Assembly: GCA_964471055.1 (NCBI GenBank)
Contig: CAYYFS010000002.1
Span: 2,233 to 38,967, forward strand
Length of the DNA stretch: 36,735 nt
Direction: 5' to 3'
Origin: an uncultured Dehalococcoidales bacterium
GTDB taxonomy: Bacteria > Chloroflexota > Dehalococcoidia > Lucifugimonadales > Lucifugimonadaceae
The notes below the pieces were generated by a model that did no database searches, was not told the origin of the DNA, and was given only the letters and a program-made list of their open reading frames with translations. A program made the translations under genes and the position numbers. Below are positions 1-8,942 of the stretch, piece by piece (the stretch's first letter is position 1; each line of letters opens with the position of its first letter).

Positions 1-368
1 ATACCCACGTACGACGCGACCTTTTGAAGCTCGCACCGCTGATTGGCACGGCACGCCAGGCAGTCTCCCGTGTGTTCCGACATGATCAGCGCCGTGGTTG
101 CGCGGCGCAGCGCGTTGATCTGGTCCGTCTCGCTGCTGACTGTCATTCCGTCCTGGGCGAGCGTGGTACAGGCAGCAACCGGGCCGCGCGCACCTTCGAC
201 CTCCACGAGGCAGAGGCGGCACCCGCCGTAGCCTTCCAGCAGCGGGCTATGGCACAGGTGCGGGATGTAGACCCCTGCGTCCAGTGCTGCGTCCAGCACC
301 GACTTGCCCGCGGACGTCTCGACGGGCCGGCCGTCCAGCACGAAGCTCACTTTGTCTTGCGCTGTCAT
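1..368 (-). CDS. NuoG/HydA/FdhA-type catalytic-subunit N-terminus (2Fe-2S ferredoxin domain plus His/Cys 4Fe-4S motif). 5' part only; the gene continues beyond the left edge.
   Basis: Manual minus-strand translation from the ATG at 368-366 gives MTAQDKVSFVLDGRPVETSAGKSVLDAALDAGVYIPHLCHSPLLEGYGGCRLCLVEVEG...SEHTGDCLACRANQRCELQKVASYVGI, open to position 1. It starts 8 nt after the stop of the NuoF-like gene. It is absent from the ORF track because it is open-ended. Confidence 0.75.
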   Translation of the reverse strand, partial: MTAQDKVSFVLDGRPVETSAGKSVLDAALDAGVYIPHLCHSPLLEGYGGCRLCLVEVEGARGPVAACTTLAQDGMTVSSETDQINALRRATTALIMSEHTGDCLACRANQRCELQKVASYVG

Positions 369-376
369 CGCTTCCT

Positions 377-2278
377 TCACTGTTCCGGTTCGCCTCTTGG
401 ATTCCGAACTCGCCGGGACGGGCCCGACGCCACGAAGATGGCGTCCACGTTGCACGCGTCCCGGCACGAACCGCACTTGGTGCATTTCTCCTGGTCGATC
501 GCGTGCGGCTTCCTGAGCTCGCCGATGATTGCATCGGTCGGGCAGGCTCGCGCACACAGAGTGCAGCCTGTGCACTTGTCTGTGTCGATGACGAACGTCG
601 TGAGCTCCCTGCAGATACCCGCCCGGCACCTGCCGTCGTTCACGTGTTCCTCGTACTCGTCGCGGAAGTGCCTGAGAGTGCTAAGTACCGGGTTCGGTGC
701 CGTCCCGCCCAAAGCGCACAGGGAGCCCGCCTGCACCGTCTTGGCCGTTTCGGCGAGGTAGGTGAGATCGCTCTCTTCACCCTCACCCTCGGTGATACGC
801 GTCAGCGCCTCCAGCATGCGGCGGGTCCCGATGCGGCACGGCACGCACTTCCCGCACGACTCATCCTGCACGAACTCCGTGAAGTACCGCGCCACCTCCA
901 CCATGCAGGTCGTGTCGTCCATCACGACCATTCCGCCGGAGCCCATGATTGCGCCTACTTGAGCCAGAGTGTCGAAGTCGATGGGCATGTCGAGATGCTC
1001 TTCCGGCACACAACCGCCGGAGGGTCCGCCCATCTGGGCCGCCTTGAACGTGCGCCCGCGGGGCACGCCGCCGCCGATCTCCGACACCACCTCCCGCAGG
1101 CTGATCCCCATGGGCACTTCCACCAGGCCGGTGTTCTGCACCTTTCCGACGAGTGCGAAGATCTTGGTGCCCTTGCTCTTTTCGGTGCCGATGGAGCTGA
1201 ACCAGTCCGCGCCCTTGTTGATGATCACCGGGACGTTGGCCCATGTCTCAACGTTGTTGATGTTCGTGGGCTTGCCGAAGAGGCCGGACTGGGCCGGATA
1301 CGGGGGCCGGGGCCGGGGCATGCCACGGTACCCCTCGATAGAAGCGATGAGCGCCGTTTCCTCGCCGCACACAAAGGCGCCGCCGCCTTCGCTGATCTTC
1401 ACGCGGAACGAGAAGCCGGTGCCGAGTATGTCGTCGCCGAGCAGCCCGTGCGCCTCCGCCTGCTCGATCGCCAGCCTCAGGTGCTGAACAGCAAGTGGGT
1501 ACTCCGCCCGGACGTATATGTAGCCTTCTGCCGCGCCGATCGCGTGCGCGCCTATGACCATCCCTTCGAGGATCGCGTGGGGATCGCCTTCGCAGACACT
1601 GCGGTCCATGAACGCTCCAGGGTCACCCTCGTCCGCGTTGCAGATCAGGTATTTCGGCGACCCTTCCGCGCCGCGGCAGAAGCCCCACTTCACGCCGGCC
1701 GGGAATCCAGCTCCGCCGCGGCCCCGAAGACCGCTCTTCGTGACCTCGTCGATCACCTGCTCCGGTGACAACGACGTGAGGCACTTCGCAAGAGCCTCGT
1801 ATCCGTCCAGGGCCAGGTAGTCTTCGATGCTCCGAGGATCGACAACGCCGTTGTGCCGGAGAACGACGCGCTCCTGCCGGTTGAAGAACGGAACGTCGTC
1901 CTGCGTCAGACAGCGCTCGCGAGTCACGGGGTCGCTGTACCGCAATCGCTCGACGACCTCGTTCTCCAGAATCGTCTTCTCGAGAATGTCCGGAACGTCT
2001 TTCGGCTTCACACGCTGATAGAAGAACCCGTGCGGGCGCACGACCATGACGGGGCCGCGCTCGCAGAACCCCTGGCACCCGGTTGTCTGAAGACGAACCC
2101 GGTCGCCGAGCCCCCTCTCGTCGATCTCTCGGATCAGCGCGTCCCGAACGTCGGCGCTATCTGTAGCGCGACAGCCGGTGGTATCGCACAGCGATATGCA
2201 GGGAAGCTCCCGCTCCCGGGCCGACCGAAGGCGTTCTTTCAGAGCGAACAGATCGTCGATTGAGCTGATCCGTTCCAA
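377..2278 (-). CDS. NuoF/HydB-type NAD(P)H-binding flavoprotein subunit, with an N-terminal thioredoxin-like 2Fe-2S domain and two C-terminal 4Fe-4S ferredoxin motifs
   Basis: 633-aa ORF. Motifs: GLRGRGGAGFPAGVKW (FMN/NADH site), ESCGKCVPCRIG and SLCALG (N3-type 4Fe-4S), C-terminal CTGCTLCARACP and CTKCGSCRDAC, N-terminal CISLCDTTGC...CQGFCERGP. TTG start 3 nt after the NuoE-like stop, preceded by GGGAGAAG. Confidence 0.9.
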   Translation of the reverse strand: MERISSIDDLFALKERLRSARERELPCISLCDTTGCRATDSADVRDALIREIDERGLGDRVRLQTTGCQGFCERGPVMVVRPHGFFYQRVKPKDVPDILEKTILENEVVERLRYSDPVTRERCLTQDDVPFFNRQERVVLRHNGVVDPRSIEDYLALDGYEALAKCLTSLSPEQVIDEVTKSGLRGRGGAGFPAGVKWGFCRGAEGSPKYLICNADEGDPGAFMDRSVCEGDPHAILEGMVIGAHAIGAAEGYIYVRAEYPLAVQHLRLAIEQAEAHGLLGDDILGTGFSFRVKISEGGGAFVCGEETALIASIEGYRGMPRPRPPYPAQSGLFGKPTNINNVETWANVPVIINKGADWFSSIGTEKSKGTKIFALVGKVQNTGLVEVPMGISLREVVSEIGGGVPRGRTFKAAQMGGPSGGCVPEEHLDMPIDFDTLAQVGAIMGSGGMVVMDDTTCMVEVARYFTEFVQDESCGKCVPCRIGTRRMLEALTRITEGEGEESDLTYLAETAKTVQAGSLCALGGTAPNPVLSTLRHFRDEYEEHVNDGRCRAGICRELTTFVIDTDKCTGCTLCARACPTDAIIGELRKPHAIDQEKCTKCGSCRDACNVDAIFVASGPSRRVRNPRGEPEQ

Positions 2279-2281
2279 TTC

Positions 2282-2743
2282 CTACTTCTCCCGTTCCAGG
2301 TATTCGTCCAGAACGCCCTCCACTCGTTCGGGCGTCATGCCGCCGTGGTACTTGCCGTCGATGACCATGACCGGCGCGAGCGCGCACGTCCCCAGACACG
2401 CGACGGTCTCGAAGCTGAAGAGGAGGTCTTCGGTCGTCTCGCCATCTGCGATGCCCAGTTTGTTTTCGGCCCGATCGCGAATCTCCCGGGCACCTCTCAC
2501 ATGGCATGCCGTGCCCCGGCACACCAGCAGCCGATGGCGACCCTGCGGCTTCAGATAGAACTGGGCGTAGAAAGTCACCACGCCGAACACGGCGCTCGCC
2601 GGGATCCTCAGTCGGCGCGCTACCGCGAGCATTGTCTCTTGCGACAGGTAGCCGAGTTCTCCCTGGGCATCCTGGAGGATCGGAATCAGGTCGCTGCGGC
2701 CGGTGCCGTGGCGACCCAGCACTTCATCCAGTTCCGACGCCAT
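2282..2743 (-). CDS. NuoE/HydC-type thioredoxin-like 2Fe-2S subunit
   Basis: 153-aa ORF with CRGTACHVRGA ... CLGTCALAP Cys spacing typical of the NuoE/HydC family. ATG preceded by GGAGGAGGGTGA. Confidence 0.9.
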   Translation of the reverse strand: MASELDEVLGRHGTGRSDLIPILQDAQGELGYLSQETMLAVARRLRIPASAVFGVVTFYAQFYLKPQGRHRLLVCRGTACHVRGAREIRDRAENKLGIADGETTEDLLFSFETVACLGTCALAPVMVIDGKYHGGMTPERVEGVLDEYLEREK

Positions 2744-2839
2744 TCACCCTCCTCCGCCTTCCGTAGCCCCGCGGGCACACGATTTTGCGCGGCGCGTGCG
2801 CGCCGACCCACCTGTCACCTAATGTACCGGGCCTGCCGT

Positions 2840-3631
2840 CTATGGCGACTCAGCACCAACTGATCCGCCCAGCTCCCGAACCAGAGAGTCGAACACAGAG
2901 CCAAGCTGATCCAAGAACGACCCGGGTTCTTCGTAGGGGGAGCGTCCTTCCAGATCGCTCCGGAGGACTTCTTCATCATGGGGCAGGACGCCAACGACAG
3001 GAATGTCGCCGAGCGCGTTCCTCAGCGTTTCCTCCTGCCCCGAATCCGCCACACGGTTGCAGACGGCGAGAACTCGGGGTACTCCCAGGCTGATCGCCAT
3101 GCGGTTCACGTCTTGAGCTGTTCTCACGCTGCGCATGCCGGGCTCGACTACCGCGATCATCGCGTCCACGTTCTGTGCCGAGGCCCGGCCCAGATGCTCG
3201 AGCCCGGCCTCCATGTCGAGGATCACGGACTCGCCGGGCCTGAACACGAGGTGTCCCATCAGTGCCCGCAGGAAAGTCGATTCGGGACAGAGACAGCCTC
3301 CTCCCGCCTCGACCGTGCCAAGGACCAGCAGACGCACCCCTTTGTGTATCACGCTGTATTCCTCGGGAATGTCGTCCACGTACGGATTCAGCTTGAAGTA
3401 CCCGCCGAACCCGCCCTCGGTCGCCCCGGTGCGCTCCATGATCACGTCTTTAAGGCTGCTGATGGGCCAGGGCGCCTCAGATCGCGGGATGCCGAGGGCA
3501 TCGGCCAGGTTGCCGTCCGCGTCGGCATCGACGGCTATGACGCCGCCTCCCCGGCTCGCGACAACTCGCGCAAGGCCGGCTGACAGCGTCGTTTTGCCGA
3601 CCCCGCCCTTGCCAGCAATGGCCAGTTTCAA
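2840..3631 (-). CDS. cooC: CooC-family Ni-insertion ATPase (CODH/ACS maturation), copy 1
   Basis: 263-aa ORF. Deviant Walker A AGKGGVGKTT and metal-binding GGGCLCPES (CxC) motif. TTG start with AAGGTGA 5 nt upstream. Confidence 0.85.
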   Translation of the reverse strand: MKLAIAGKGGVGKTTLSAGLARVVASRGGGVIAVDADADGNLADALGIPRSEAPWPISSLKDVIMERTGATEGGFGGYFKLNPYVDDIPEEYSVIHKGVRLLVLGTVEAGGGCLCPESTFLRALMGHLVFRPGESVILDMEAGLEHLGRASAQNVDAMIAVVEPGMRSVRTAQDVNRMAISLGVPRVLAVCNRVADSGQEETLRNALGDIPVVGVLPHDEEVLRSDLEGRSPYEEPGSFLDQLGSVFDSLVRELGGSVGAESP

Positions 3632-3682
3632 CCGATCACCTTTCCCGCTGCCGGTCTGAAGGCGCCGTCAGCCCACGTCCGT

Positions 3683-5374
3683 TTAGAACAGGCCCACTAC
3701 CTTGTCGTCGACGATGTCCACGCGCTGACCGGCCGGCTCGCTCGGCAGGCCAGGCATGGTGCTCATGTCGCCGCACAGGGGGTACAGGAACCCGGCGCCG
3801 ATCGACGGGCGAATGTCCCTGATCGGCAGGGTGAAGCCCTCCGGCCGGCCCTTGAGCAGCGGGTCGTGGGACAGCGAGAGATGAGTCTTGGCCATGCACA
3901 TAGGCAGCGACCCGTAGCCGAGCCTCTCGAACCGCCTGATCTTCCTGTTGGCGATCGGCGTGTAGCTGACGTCCGCGGCGCCGTACACCTTCTTCGCGAT
4001 GGTTTCGATCTTCTCCTTGATCGGGATATCGTCCTCGTACAGCAGCTTGAAGTTCGACGGCAGGTCGCACGCGGCGACAACGGCCTTCGCAAGGTCAGCA
4101 GCGCCGGCACCGCCCCTGGCCCAGTAGTCGCTGACTACCGCGTCCTCAGCACCGGCCGCCTTTGCCGCCTTCTGGACCGCCTCGATCTCCCCCGGCGTGT
4201 CGCTCGTGAAGCAGTTGACCGCCACCACCACCGGCACGCCGAACATGCGTGCGTTCTCCACGTGCTTGGCCAGGTTGGCGGCACCCGCCTCAACCAGGCC
4301 GACAGCCTCCTCGGAGTACTCCTTCGCGAGAGGCCTTCCGGGGACGACCCGTGGCCCGCCGCCGTGCATCTTGAGCGCCCGGATTGTGGCCACGACGACC
4401 ACGCAATCCGGAGCCAGGCCGCTCTGGCGGCACTTGATGTTCATGAACTTTTCCATGCCGCAGTCTGCGCCGAAGCCGCTTTCGGTCACCAGGTACTCGC
4501 CCATGTTCATGCCAATCAGATCCGCCATGATCGAGCTGTTGCCGTGCGCGATGTTGGCGAACGGACCGGCGTGGACCAAACAGGGGGTATGCTCCAGCGT
4601 CTGCATCAGGGTCGGCTTCATGGCGTCCTTGAGCAGCACGGCCATCGCGCCGGCCACCTTCACGTCCTCCGCCGTGATGGGCTTCCGCTTCGAGTTGTAC
4701 GCCACGACGATTCTGCCGAGACGCTCGCGCAGGTCCTCCATGCTCGACGCCAGCGCCAGGATCGCCATGACCTCGCTGGCCACCGAGATGTCGAAACCGG
4801 TTTGACGGGGTGAGCCATCCAGAGTCCCGCCCAGACCTATGACGACGTTCCTGAGGAACCGGTCGCTGACATCGACCACCCGACGAACGCTGATCGACTC
4901 CGGATCGATGTCAAGGGGATTGCCCTTGGCCCAGGAGTTGTCCACAAACGCGCACATCAGGTTGTTCGCCAGGCTGACGGCGTGCACGTCACCGGTGAGA
5001 TGAAGGTTGAAGTCCTCCATCGGGATGACCTGTGAGTAGCCGCCGCCGGCCGCGCCACCCTTGATGCCAAACACGGGGCCAAGGGACGGCTGACGGATAG
5101 CCGTGATTGGCTTCTTCCCGATATGCGCAAGGCCCTGGGACAGCCCGATCGTCGTAACGGTTTTGCCTTCGCCCAGGGGCGTCGGGGTAATCGCCGTCAC
5201 ATCGACGTACTTGGCCCTTGGCCCGCCCTTCAGCTTCTCGACGACGTCCAGATTGACCTTGGCCTTGTACTTCCCGTACAGCTCTATGTCGTCATCATCG
5301 AGCCCGATGCTCTCAGCGATCTCAGTGATGGGCTTCAGTTTCGCTTCCTGGGCGATCTCCAGATCCGTTTTCAC
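3683..5374 (-). CDS. fhs: Formate--tetrahydrofolate ligase
   Basis: 563-aa ORF, full-length match by eye to FTHFS: MKTDLEIAQEAKLKPITEIA..., PTPLGEGKTT P-loop, FANIAHGNSS. GTG start with GGGGAG about 8 nt upstream. Confidence 0.95.
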   Translation of the reverse strand: MKTDLEIAQEAKLKPITEIAESIGLDDDDIELYGKYKAKVNLDVVEKLKGGPRAKYVDVTAITPTPLGEGKTVTTIGLSQGLAHIGKKPITAIRQPSLGPVFGIKGGAAGGGYSQVIPMEDFNLHLTGDVHAVSLANNLMCAFVDNSWAKGNPLDIDPESISVRRVVDVSDRFLRNVVIGLGGTLDGSPRQTGFDISVASEVMAILALASSMEDLRERLGRIVVAYNSKRKPITAEDVKVAGAMAVLLKDAMKPTLMQTLEHTPCLVHAGPFANIAHGNSSIMADLIGMNMGEYLVTESGFGADCGMEKFMNIKCRQSGLAPDCVVVVATIRALKMHGGGPRVVPGRPLAKEYSEEAVGLVEAGAANLAKHVENARMFGVPVVVAVNCFTSDTPGEIEAVQKAAKAAGAEDAVVSDYWARGGAGAADLAKAVVAACDLPSNFKLLYEDDIPIKEKIETIAKKVYGAADVSYTPIANRKIRRFERLGYGSLPMCMAKTHLSLSHDPLLKGRPEGFTLPIRDIRPSIGAGFLYPLCGDMSTMPGLPSEPAGQRVDIVDDKVVGLF

Positions 5375-5786
5375 TGTCGTGCTCCCCTGTTGATACAGAT
5401 CCCTCGCAGGTCTCCGATCCCGGCGTGTGTCGCGTCGCTTTCACCTCTTACTAGTGCCGCTCTCACGATGCTGCACTGTCCGGTCCGGACACGCGCCCAC
5501 ACCGCGTCTCTCCAGCCGACCGACCGTAGCCGCCTGAAAGACGGTGCAGCGGTCGCGCTGCTACTTCTGCCGGCGGCGTCCCTGTTCCTGTCTTGCACGT
5601 CGCCGATTCCGCGGCAGCGCGCAACACAATAGCATCTTCGCGTACGGTATCACGCTCAGGACCGATGCTCGTAGCAGTCTATGCGTCCCATCTCCCGTCG
5701 GCGCGACGGCAATTCGGAATCCGCGAGAGGATCCGGTTCGGGTGACATCGTTGCCCGGACGTGCTCGCCAGGGACACCCACCCCTT
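5375..5786 (-). promoter_or_regulatory. Long untranslated spacer/leader between mobA and fhs; probably holds the fhs promoter and a structured 5' UTR
   Basis: 412 nt with no protein-like ORF, visibly less GC-biased in codon terms than its neighbours. Contains local hairpins, for example CCGTCG-CGC-CGACGG on the minus strand just after the mobA stop. No promoter consensus was identified. Confidence 0.3.
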
Positions 5787-6452
5787 TCACGGCTCGCGGG
5801 CGCGTCCTTCTGGACCGTCCTCAGCGGGCCGCGCGTCCAGTAGCTGTCGAGCTCGTTCCAGATCCTCCCTAGTGTTGATATTGAAGAAGCTCAGAGGCTG
5901 TCCGCTGAACTGCTCCACCTCCGCTTCCTCGACGTAGCGGACGTCAACTTCCGGGAAGAAGGACACGATCCTGCTCTCCCCTCTGTTCAACGCGGTTTCT
6001 ATCGGTCCCAGGCACTTCTTCGAATACACCGCGTGCAAGGGTTCTATTAAGTCTCCGTGTCTGGGAATCACTACGTCGTGCGGACCACAGAAGTCCACCA
6101 AACGGCGCAGGAGCGTCACGTTCACAAACGGCATGTCACACGCGACGACCGCGCTGTGAAAGGAACGAGCTGCAGACAGGCCAGCGTGGATACCGGCCAG
6201 AACGCCCCTACCTTCGTAGACGTCACCTACCGTCCTGATCTCGGTGCCCGCGGGGGTGGGCAACCGATGCGGCTCCATATTCAGAGCACCGACCACGATG
6301 ATCTCCGTGGCCAGCGGAATCAGACGGCGGACGATGCGTCGCAGGAGACTCTCGCCACCGAGTTCCTCCAGCGCTTTGTCTCTGCCCAGTCGGAGGCTAC
6401 GGCCGCCCGCGAGAACCACGCAGGTCAGCCGCCCGTCTCTGCTCTGCCGCAT
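5787..6452 (-). CDS. mobA: Molybdenum cofactor guanylyltransferase (MobA-like NTP transferase)
   Basis: N-terminal CVVLAGGRSLRLGRDKA signature of MobA. The ORF track starts at a TTG at 6476. The ATG at 6452 is preferred because GAGG lies about 9 nt upstream and gives the typical N-terminal length. Confidence 0.75.
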   Translation of the reverse strand: MRQSRDGRLTCVVLAGGRSLRLGRDKALEELGGESLLRRIVRRLIPLATEIIVVGALNMEPHRLPTPAGTEIRTVGDVYEGRGVLAGIHAGLSAARSFHSAVVACDMPFVNVTLLRRLVDFCGPHDVVIPRHGDLIEPLHAVYSKKCLGPIETALNRGESRIVSFFPEVDVRYVEEAEVEQFSGQPLSFFNINTREDLERARQLLDARPAEDGPEGRAREP

Positions 6453-6476
6453 CTCTTCTGCCTCAATAGAGAGCAA

Positions 6477-6912
6477 ACCCGTGCAGTCCCAGCGTTGTCA
6501 AGGAGCACAGCGGAGAGGAGAGCTCCACCGGCACCAGTCACCCCAACATGGCCGATCCCCGGTTCGCCCGTAACCACTTTTCATCCTGTAGCGCCGCTCG
6601 ATTACCGACGATTCCAAATGGCTCATACGGGAATGAAGCACGGTCCCGTGGAGACGATAGGTCCCCATTCCGGTTTCCGGATGCCCGGACAACCCCAGCA
6701 CACGTCTGTCGCATTACCATTGACCCGACGACTCATGATAGTGTTGGGCAGCTACGGGCCGGCGAAAGGCCGCGATACTTCGTATCGTCCCCGGAATCCC
6801 GTACCTCAAGGGCCCTAGCACTGGCCGGACGACCACCGCGCTCCGGGATTCTCGGGGCCGGTACCGGACTGCGAGCGAGCCCGGATGACGCTGAGAGAGG
6901 AGCTTGGCCTGA
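6477..6912. promoter_or_regulatory. Divergent control region between the mobA-fhs-redox operon and the cooS-acs operon
   Basis: 436 bp without a credible ORF between divergently oriented genes. Contains TTGACC at about 6720, inverted repeat CGATAC-TTC-GTATCG (6773-6787), perfect palindrome CCGGTACCGG (6858-6867), and the cooS SD GAGAGGAG about 10 nt before the ATG. Confidence 0.4.
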
Positions 6913-8886
6913 ATGAGCCCAGAGGAGAGCAACCCCGTAACCATTGATCCCGCCGCCGCCGAGATGATCGAACTGGCAGCGGCCGAAGAAGTGACCACTG
7001 CCTTCTCCCGGGCCGAAACCATCAGACCCTGCCCCATCGGTCAAAACGGTCTGTGCTGCCGCATCTGCTTCATGGGCCCGTGCCGCTTCACCACCCGTGG
7101 TGACATTGAGGATGCACGCGGCGTCTGCGGAGCGACGGCGGCCACCGTCGTTGCCCGCAACTTCGCCCGCATGGTCGGGGCCGGCGCCGCCGCGCACTCG
7201 GACCATGGTCGCGATATCGCCCTGGTGCTGCTGGCCGTCGCCAACGGCGAAGCCCCCGGCTACGAGGTGCGCGACGAAAAGAAGCTCCGCTCGGTCGCCG
7301 CGTTCATGGGCATCGAGAGCGACGGCAAGCCGACGCTTGACCTGGCGCGAGAAGTGGCCGAAAAGGCCCTGGCTGATTTCGGTCAACAACAGGGCGCGCT
7401 GACTTACGTGTCCCGGGCCCCTGAACGACGCCAGCAGTTGTGGCGGAACCTGGATATGGCGCCGAGGGGAATCGACCGGGAGATCGTAGAGACTCTCCAT
7501 CGGACCACCATGGGCACCGACCAGGATCCCGAGCACATCCTCCGCCACACGCTCCGCGCATCGTTGGGCGATGGCTGGGGTGGTTCCATGCTGGGCACCG
7601 ATCTCAGCGACATCCTGTACGGCACGCCAAAACCGGGCACGTCCAAGGCCAACCTGGGGGTTCTCGAAGAGGACCAGGTCAACCTGGTTATCCACGGCCA
7701 TGACCCCAGTCTGTCGGAGCAGATAACGGCAGCGGTCCGAGACCCGGAGATCATCGAATACGCGGAATCGAAAGGCGCCAAAGGCGTCAACCTGGTCGGC
7801 ATCTGCTGCACGGCCAACGAAGTCCTGATGCGGCACGGCGTCCCGTCCGCGGGGAACATGCTCAACCAGGAGCTCGTTATCCTCACGGGCGCCGTAGAGG
7901 CCATGATCGTCGACGTCCAGTGCGTCATGGAGGCGGTTGCGGACCTCGCGGACCGGTTCCACACCACGCTCATCACCACCTCGTCGAAGGCGAAGATCGA
8001 GGGAGCGACGCACATCGAGTTCGACGAGCACGATGCGCCCAATATCGCCCGACAGATCGTCCGAACGGCCATAGACAACTTCCCGAAGCGTGAAGGCCGC
8101 ATCCGTATCCCCGAGCAGTACAGCGACCTGGTTGCCGGCTTCTCGCATGAGTACATCCGGTACATGCAGGGCGGGGAATACAGGGCGTCTTTCCGGCCTC
8201 TGAACGACGCGATCATGGCCGGGCGGATACGGGGCGCTGCGGGCGTCGTCGGCTGCAACAACCCGAGGGTCCCGCAAGACGAGGGAATCCTGCACGTTAT
8301 CAAAGAGCTCATCAAGAACGACATTCTGGTCGTGGTGACGGGCTGCGGCGCTCTTGCAGCAGGCAAGTACGGCTACCTCACCCCCGAGATGATGGAGGAG
8401 TGCGGTGCAGGGCTCAGAGAGGTCTGTGAAGCGGTCGGCATCCCGCCGGTGCTCCACATGGGGTCCTGCGTCGACAACAGCCGCATACTGACCGTTCTCA
8501 CCGAGATGGTCACCGAGGGCGGCCTGGGTGAGGACATCAGCGAATTGCCGGCCGTCGGCATCTGCCCGGAGTGGATGAGCGAAAAGGCGGTGGCCATTGC
8601 CTCCTACTTCGTCGCCTCCGGTGCCTACGTCCTGTTTGGCGTTGGGTCGCCTGTCTCCGGCAGCCCGAAAGTCGTGGACCTGATGATGCGTGGCTGGGAA
8701 GAACTGGTCGGCGGCAAGCTGGAGTTCGAGCCAGACGCGGCCGAGCTCGTCAGAAAGACCCTTGACCACATAGATGCCAAGCGCGCCGCACTGAATCTTG
8801 AGGAATACGATCCCGACCGGTATGGCGGGAGCGGCGATGCCCGATTCGTGGAAGCGGGGCTGGAGACCGGACTCAGGAGCGTGTAG
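6913..8886 (+). CDS. cooS: Ni-Fe carbon monoxide dehydrogenase catalytic subunit (CODH, ACS-associated)
   Basis: 657-aa ORF. B/D-cluster motif CPIGQNGLCCRICFMGPCRF. C-cluster ligand contexts HGHD, GICCTANE, VQCVM, VVGCNNP, VTGCGA, GSCVDN are all present. Confidence 0.95.
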   Translation: MSPEESNPVTIDPAAAEMIELAAAEEVTTAFSRAETIRPCPIGQNGLCCRICFMGPCRFTTRGDIEDARGVCGATAATVVARNFARMVGAGAAAHSDHGRDIALVLLAVANGEAPGYEVRDEKKLRSVAAFMGIESDGKPTLDLAREVAEKALADFGQQQGALTYVSRAPERRQQLWRNLDMAPRGIDREIVETLHRTTMGTDQDPEHILRHTLRASLGDGWGGSMLGTDLSDILYGTPKPGTSKANLGVLEEDQVNLVIHGHDPSLSEQITAAVRDPEIIEYAESKGAKGVNLVGICCTANEVLMRHGVPSAGNMLNQELVILTGAVEAMIVDVQCVMEAVADLADRFHTTLITTSSKAKIEGATHIEFDEHDAPNIARQIVRTAIDNFPKREGRIRIPEQYSDLVAGFSHEYIRYMQGGEYRASFRPLNDAIMAGRIRGAAGVVGCNNPRVPQDEGILHVIKELIKNDILVVVTGCGALAAGKYGYLTPEMMEECGAGLREVCEAVGIPPVLHMGSCVDNSRILTVLTEMVTEGGLGEDISELPAVGICPEWMSEKAVAIASYFVASGAYVLFGVGSPVSGSPKVVDLMMRGWEELVGGKLEFEPDAAELVRKTLDHIDAKRAALNLEEYDPDRYGGSGDARFVEAGLETGLRSV

Positions 8887-8942
8887 GTAGCAGGGCGTAC
8901 CGGCGCGAGCGACGGAAGCAGTAATCAGATAGGGGTTTAACG

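Noticed and set aside
5375-5786. ZTP (pfl) or THF riboswitch upstream of fhs
   Set aside because: I looked on the minus strand for the ZTP elements (GACTGGCG-like 5' part and CCGCCTGGGC 3' pseudoknot) and for a THF-I-like GGAGAG...closing helix. Only CCGCCTGAAAG occurs, and it is on the wrong (plus) strand. A GGAGAG occurs but has no matching closing helix. This check was from memory of the consensus, so an Infernal scan should still be run.
6700-6760. CooA/CRP-like operator and sigma-70 promoter upstream of cooS (TGTCG...CGACG; TTGACC)
   Set aside because: The half-sites are not reverse complements of each other and are spaced about 14 nt apart rather than 6. TTGACC has no acceptable -10 hexamer at 16-18 nt. 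Too weak to call.
6548-6916. 122-aa plus-strand ORF in the divergent control region
   Set aside because: The translation is Arg/Ser/Pro-rich, has no SD and runs into the cooS start. It is not protein-like.
6733-8769. 678-aa minus-strand ORF covering almost all of cooS
   Set aside because: It lies antisense to a CODH gene whose cluster-ligand motifs are all intact. Its translation is Arg/Gly/Ala/Asp-rich with no recognisable motif. This is a typical shadow ORF of GC-rich DNA.
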